The notes below the pieces were generated by a model that saw nothing but the letters and a program-made list of their open reading frames with translations, did not search any database and was not told the origin of the DNA. Below, piece after piece: positions 17,627-20,000 of a stretch of 20,000 nucleotides of DNA. The number at the start of each line of letters is the position of its first letter. Within the stretch, counting starts at the first letter, position 1. Location: positions 46,724 through 66,723 of the forward strand of contig JALAGF010001633.1 of the NCBI GenBank assembly GCA_030167865.1, given 5' to 3'. The translations under genes were made by a program, and so were the position numbers. The DNA comes from Craspedostauros australis (lineage: Eukaryota).

Positions 17627-20000
17627 TCATTCTTTGCTGTGAAAGGATTGCACCATTTCAGCAACGACCTCTTCGCCGCGCCGTTCCCATTCTTTGCGGT
17701 TAGTCATGGCGTAGTTGAGATACTCGTCGCTGGACTTGCCGAACACGCCACATTCCTTCAACTTCTTCGCCAGCGGGATGATGTAGAAGTCGAAGAATCC
17801 TATCTCGCCCTTGTACCAACCATCCACCGGGTTCTGCTCCGCGCGCCCATCCTGGTACGCTTTGTAACATTCGCGGAAGAACTTTTCGTTCCACTTGCGG
17901 TATACGTGCCAGTGCTGCATGGTGTGAGACACATCCGATGCTTGGATCAAGTGCTCGATCACGATGGTAGCCTTGCGGTTAACCGCGTCATCTGCCGACT
18001 CATCATGTCCCTTGAAGGCCTTGTCCCAGCGTCCGTTGCGTAGAACCTTCAGCTCCTTGTCGACGATATCAGTTGCCATGACAGCATTCACCATGAGCTC
18101 GCGGAAACGGTTCAGCTCGACCTTCGTGGGGCAGATGCATTCCCTTAGCTCCCTGTACTCATCGGACATGAACAGATCCCATGACAAGGCGACCGAGTTC
18201 TGCTCCGCGACCGATCGGTTGTCGTAAATCTCGGCGATGCGGACCTTCTCTTTAACGAGCTGGGCATTGGGCACGCCGACATGATCCACGTCATGAATCA
18301 ACGCTGAGAAGGCGCAAGCGAACTGAGTCAACGGATCCGAGGTGATGCCGTAGGTGTGATCGTGCAGCGTGGCAGCCAAGGCCGGCTCGTCGGTATCTCC
18401 TTTGCTGTTGGTTAATGGAATATCGGTCGGCGCGACGATGCGAGCGAGGAGCTTGATGACGGACATGGTAACGTGCGAAGCATGCTCGAAATTGTGGAAG
18501 GAGTTTTCGCGATACATGCTGGCGATGGTGGCAACGAGGGAACGCAGCTGCTCGATGATGTGGGGAGCAACCTCAACGAGGTCAGAATTTTGCTGACGTG
18601 TTGCCACCTTCTTGTCAAAGTCTGGGAGGTGGATGATCTCCTTCACCTCGTCAAGCGGACGGAAGGTGCTGTTTGGGGTTCTGCGATGGTCGCTGTGGTG
18701 TTGTCCGTCGGCCGCAGTAGAATGGCCGATCTTCGACATGGCATCGCGACGGGCGAGGATCTGTCGAAGGATGTGGAGAAGAATCTCCACGTTCCAATCG
18801 ACCATGCGGTTGGTCCTTTCAGCGGGACCGTTCGCATCTCTCTTCTTCGTGCTATCCTCGGCCTCGCGCTCCAAGGCCACATCAACAAGCTCACTATGCT
18901 CGCTGTGACTTGCATGACTATTCCTCTTCCGTGCATCGAGACCAGGATGGATCCAGTAGGTCTGCATGTCACCTTTTCCCTTGGCCTCGACGGTCCGATC
19001 ACGCTTGATTAACCAACCAGCTTTGCCAGTCGCGCGCAAGGCTTCGGCCGTGTCGGATGACACGTGGATGCGCCCAACCTGTCCCGTGTGTTCCACACGT
19101 GCTGCTGTGTTCATTGTATCCCCGAAGAGTTGGAATCGTGCCCTTTCTCCGCGAAGAACGCCCGCAGTCACAGGGCCAGAGTGGAGACCGCAGCGAAGCG
19201 ACAGGTCGCCAGTGTCAGGACCGAGCGTGATTTCCAGCTCCTTCACCAGACTGTCCATGCGAGTCAGAATGTCGCGGGCAAAACGAACCATGATGATGGC
19301 ATGGTCGGCCCGCTGCTCTGGGATTCCAGCTGCGGCCACGTAGCAATCACCCACAGTCTCGACTTTGAACACACGGCGGAGCTTTGCAATCTGGTCGAAA
19401 GCCGAGAAGACGGTCTCAAGTAGAGTGAAGACTTGCGATGGTTCTGTGTATGATGATGCCATGTGTTCACATAATAGTTGGTACCATGGTTGGTACGTAT
19501 AGAGTATGCGGTACGCGTACAAGGATGAGTAAAGTTGTGCGGTAGTGGGTTTGCAGGCGAAAGCGAGATGACATGATGGCGTGGCGAGCCCAAGCGCACT
19601 CATAACAACGTGGGCACATACAGCCATCGCCAAAGTTAGAATAGTCGCCACCAGCGAAGCAGCCGCTCGGTGCCTTACCTCTCACAGAACTCCAGGCGGT
19701 GAACCCAGCAATATCGGCAAACAGGATGGTTGTCTCAAGGAACAAGTCAGCCAAGGGTTTGTTGCTCATCGCCGACTCGTTGGAAGTTCCATTGAGATAG
19801 CTCTTCAGGTCGGTGATCCGATGGGTGCCCTTCTTGCCGTTCCCGGTCTTTCCATTCAAGATCAGACGCTCGCGAATCTGCGTGGGGAACATGGATGACA
19901 CGATGGCGTTGGTGCGGGCGGCATTGTTAATCAGCTTCTCGTTGCGGCGGTGCACGAACATGTCGTAGACGAAGAAGACCAAGATGATGACCATGAATGT
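17627..20000 (-). CDS. Membrane-anchored class III (guanylate-like) cyclase / 3',5'-cyclic nucleotide phosphodiesterase fusion, 3' part (exons >20000..19679 and 19443..17627)
   Basis: TM helix FMVIILVFFVYD at the window edge. Cyclase motifs TILFADIAGFTAWSSVR|EP, FKVETVGDCYVA, GLHSGPVTAGVL, RFQLFGDTMNTAARVE and KGKGDMQTYW. PDEase I motifs FHNFEHASHV, HDVDHVGVPN, SVAEQ, ATDI and ASDVSH. Intron GTAAGG(19678)..CAG(19444) restores VRE-PSQVF. Confidence 0.93.
19444..19678 (-). other. Spliceosomal intron of the cyclase-PDE gene (235 nt, phase 1)
   Basis: GTAAGG donor, TTTACTCAT branch-like motif at 19533..19525 and CAG acceptor; the G+AA join gives Glu. Confidence 0.9.

Noticed and set aside
19444..19651. 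Apparent signal peptide MATILTLAMAVCAHVV at the start of the 674-aa ORF
   Set aside because: This is intron sequence. The true frame splices from SSVR to EPSQVF and the gene begins outside the window.
1..20000. Prokaryote-style defence or signalling operon (cyclase, PDE, deubiquitinase), CRISPR array, tRNA or transposon
   Set aside because: The genes are intron-containing eukaryotic genes in mixed orientation. I found no repeat-spacer array, cloverleaf, transposase/RT motif or terminal repeats, and no evidence that the neighbours are functionally linked.

Overview
This is eukaryotic nuclear DNA, most likely from a diatom (inferred from the cyclase-PDE fusion, the DUF6824-like ORF and compact genes with GT-AG introns). 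Left to right, the genes are: (1) the 5' part of an F-box protein running off the left edge (minus, 578..<1, absent from the ORF track); (2) an OTU-family cysteine protease/deubiquitinase (plus); (3) protein phosphatase 4 catalytic subunit (minus, 2 exons); (4) ALG14 (minus, 2 exons); (5) SPT6 (plus, 2 exons, about 2003 aa), divergent from ALG14; (6) an orphan with a divergent DUF6824-like N-terminus and an Arg-rich tail (plus); (7) the 3' part of a membrane-anchored class III nucleotide cyclase-phosphodiesterase fusion (minus) running off the right edge. I see no tRNA, rRNA, CRISPR array or recognisable transposon, and most of the window is ordinary housekeeping DNA. The best leads are the OTU protein, which carries its own ubiquitin-tail motif (LRGG) and a possible bipartite targeting leader; the 79-221 nt AG-free 3' segments in all four introns; non-canonical specificity residues in the cyclase-PDE; and the insertion and WG/PPxY tail of SPT6. 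All family assignments come from motif recognition by eye, not from database searches.
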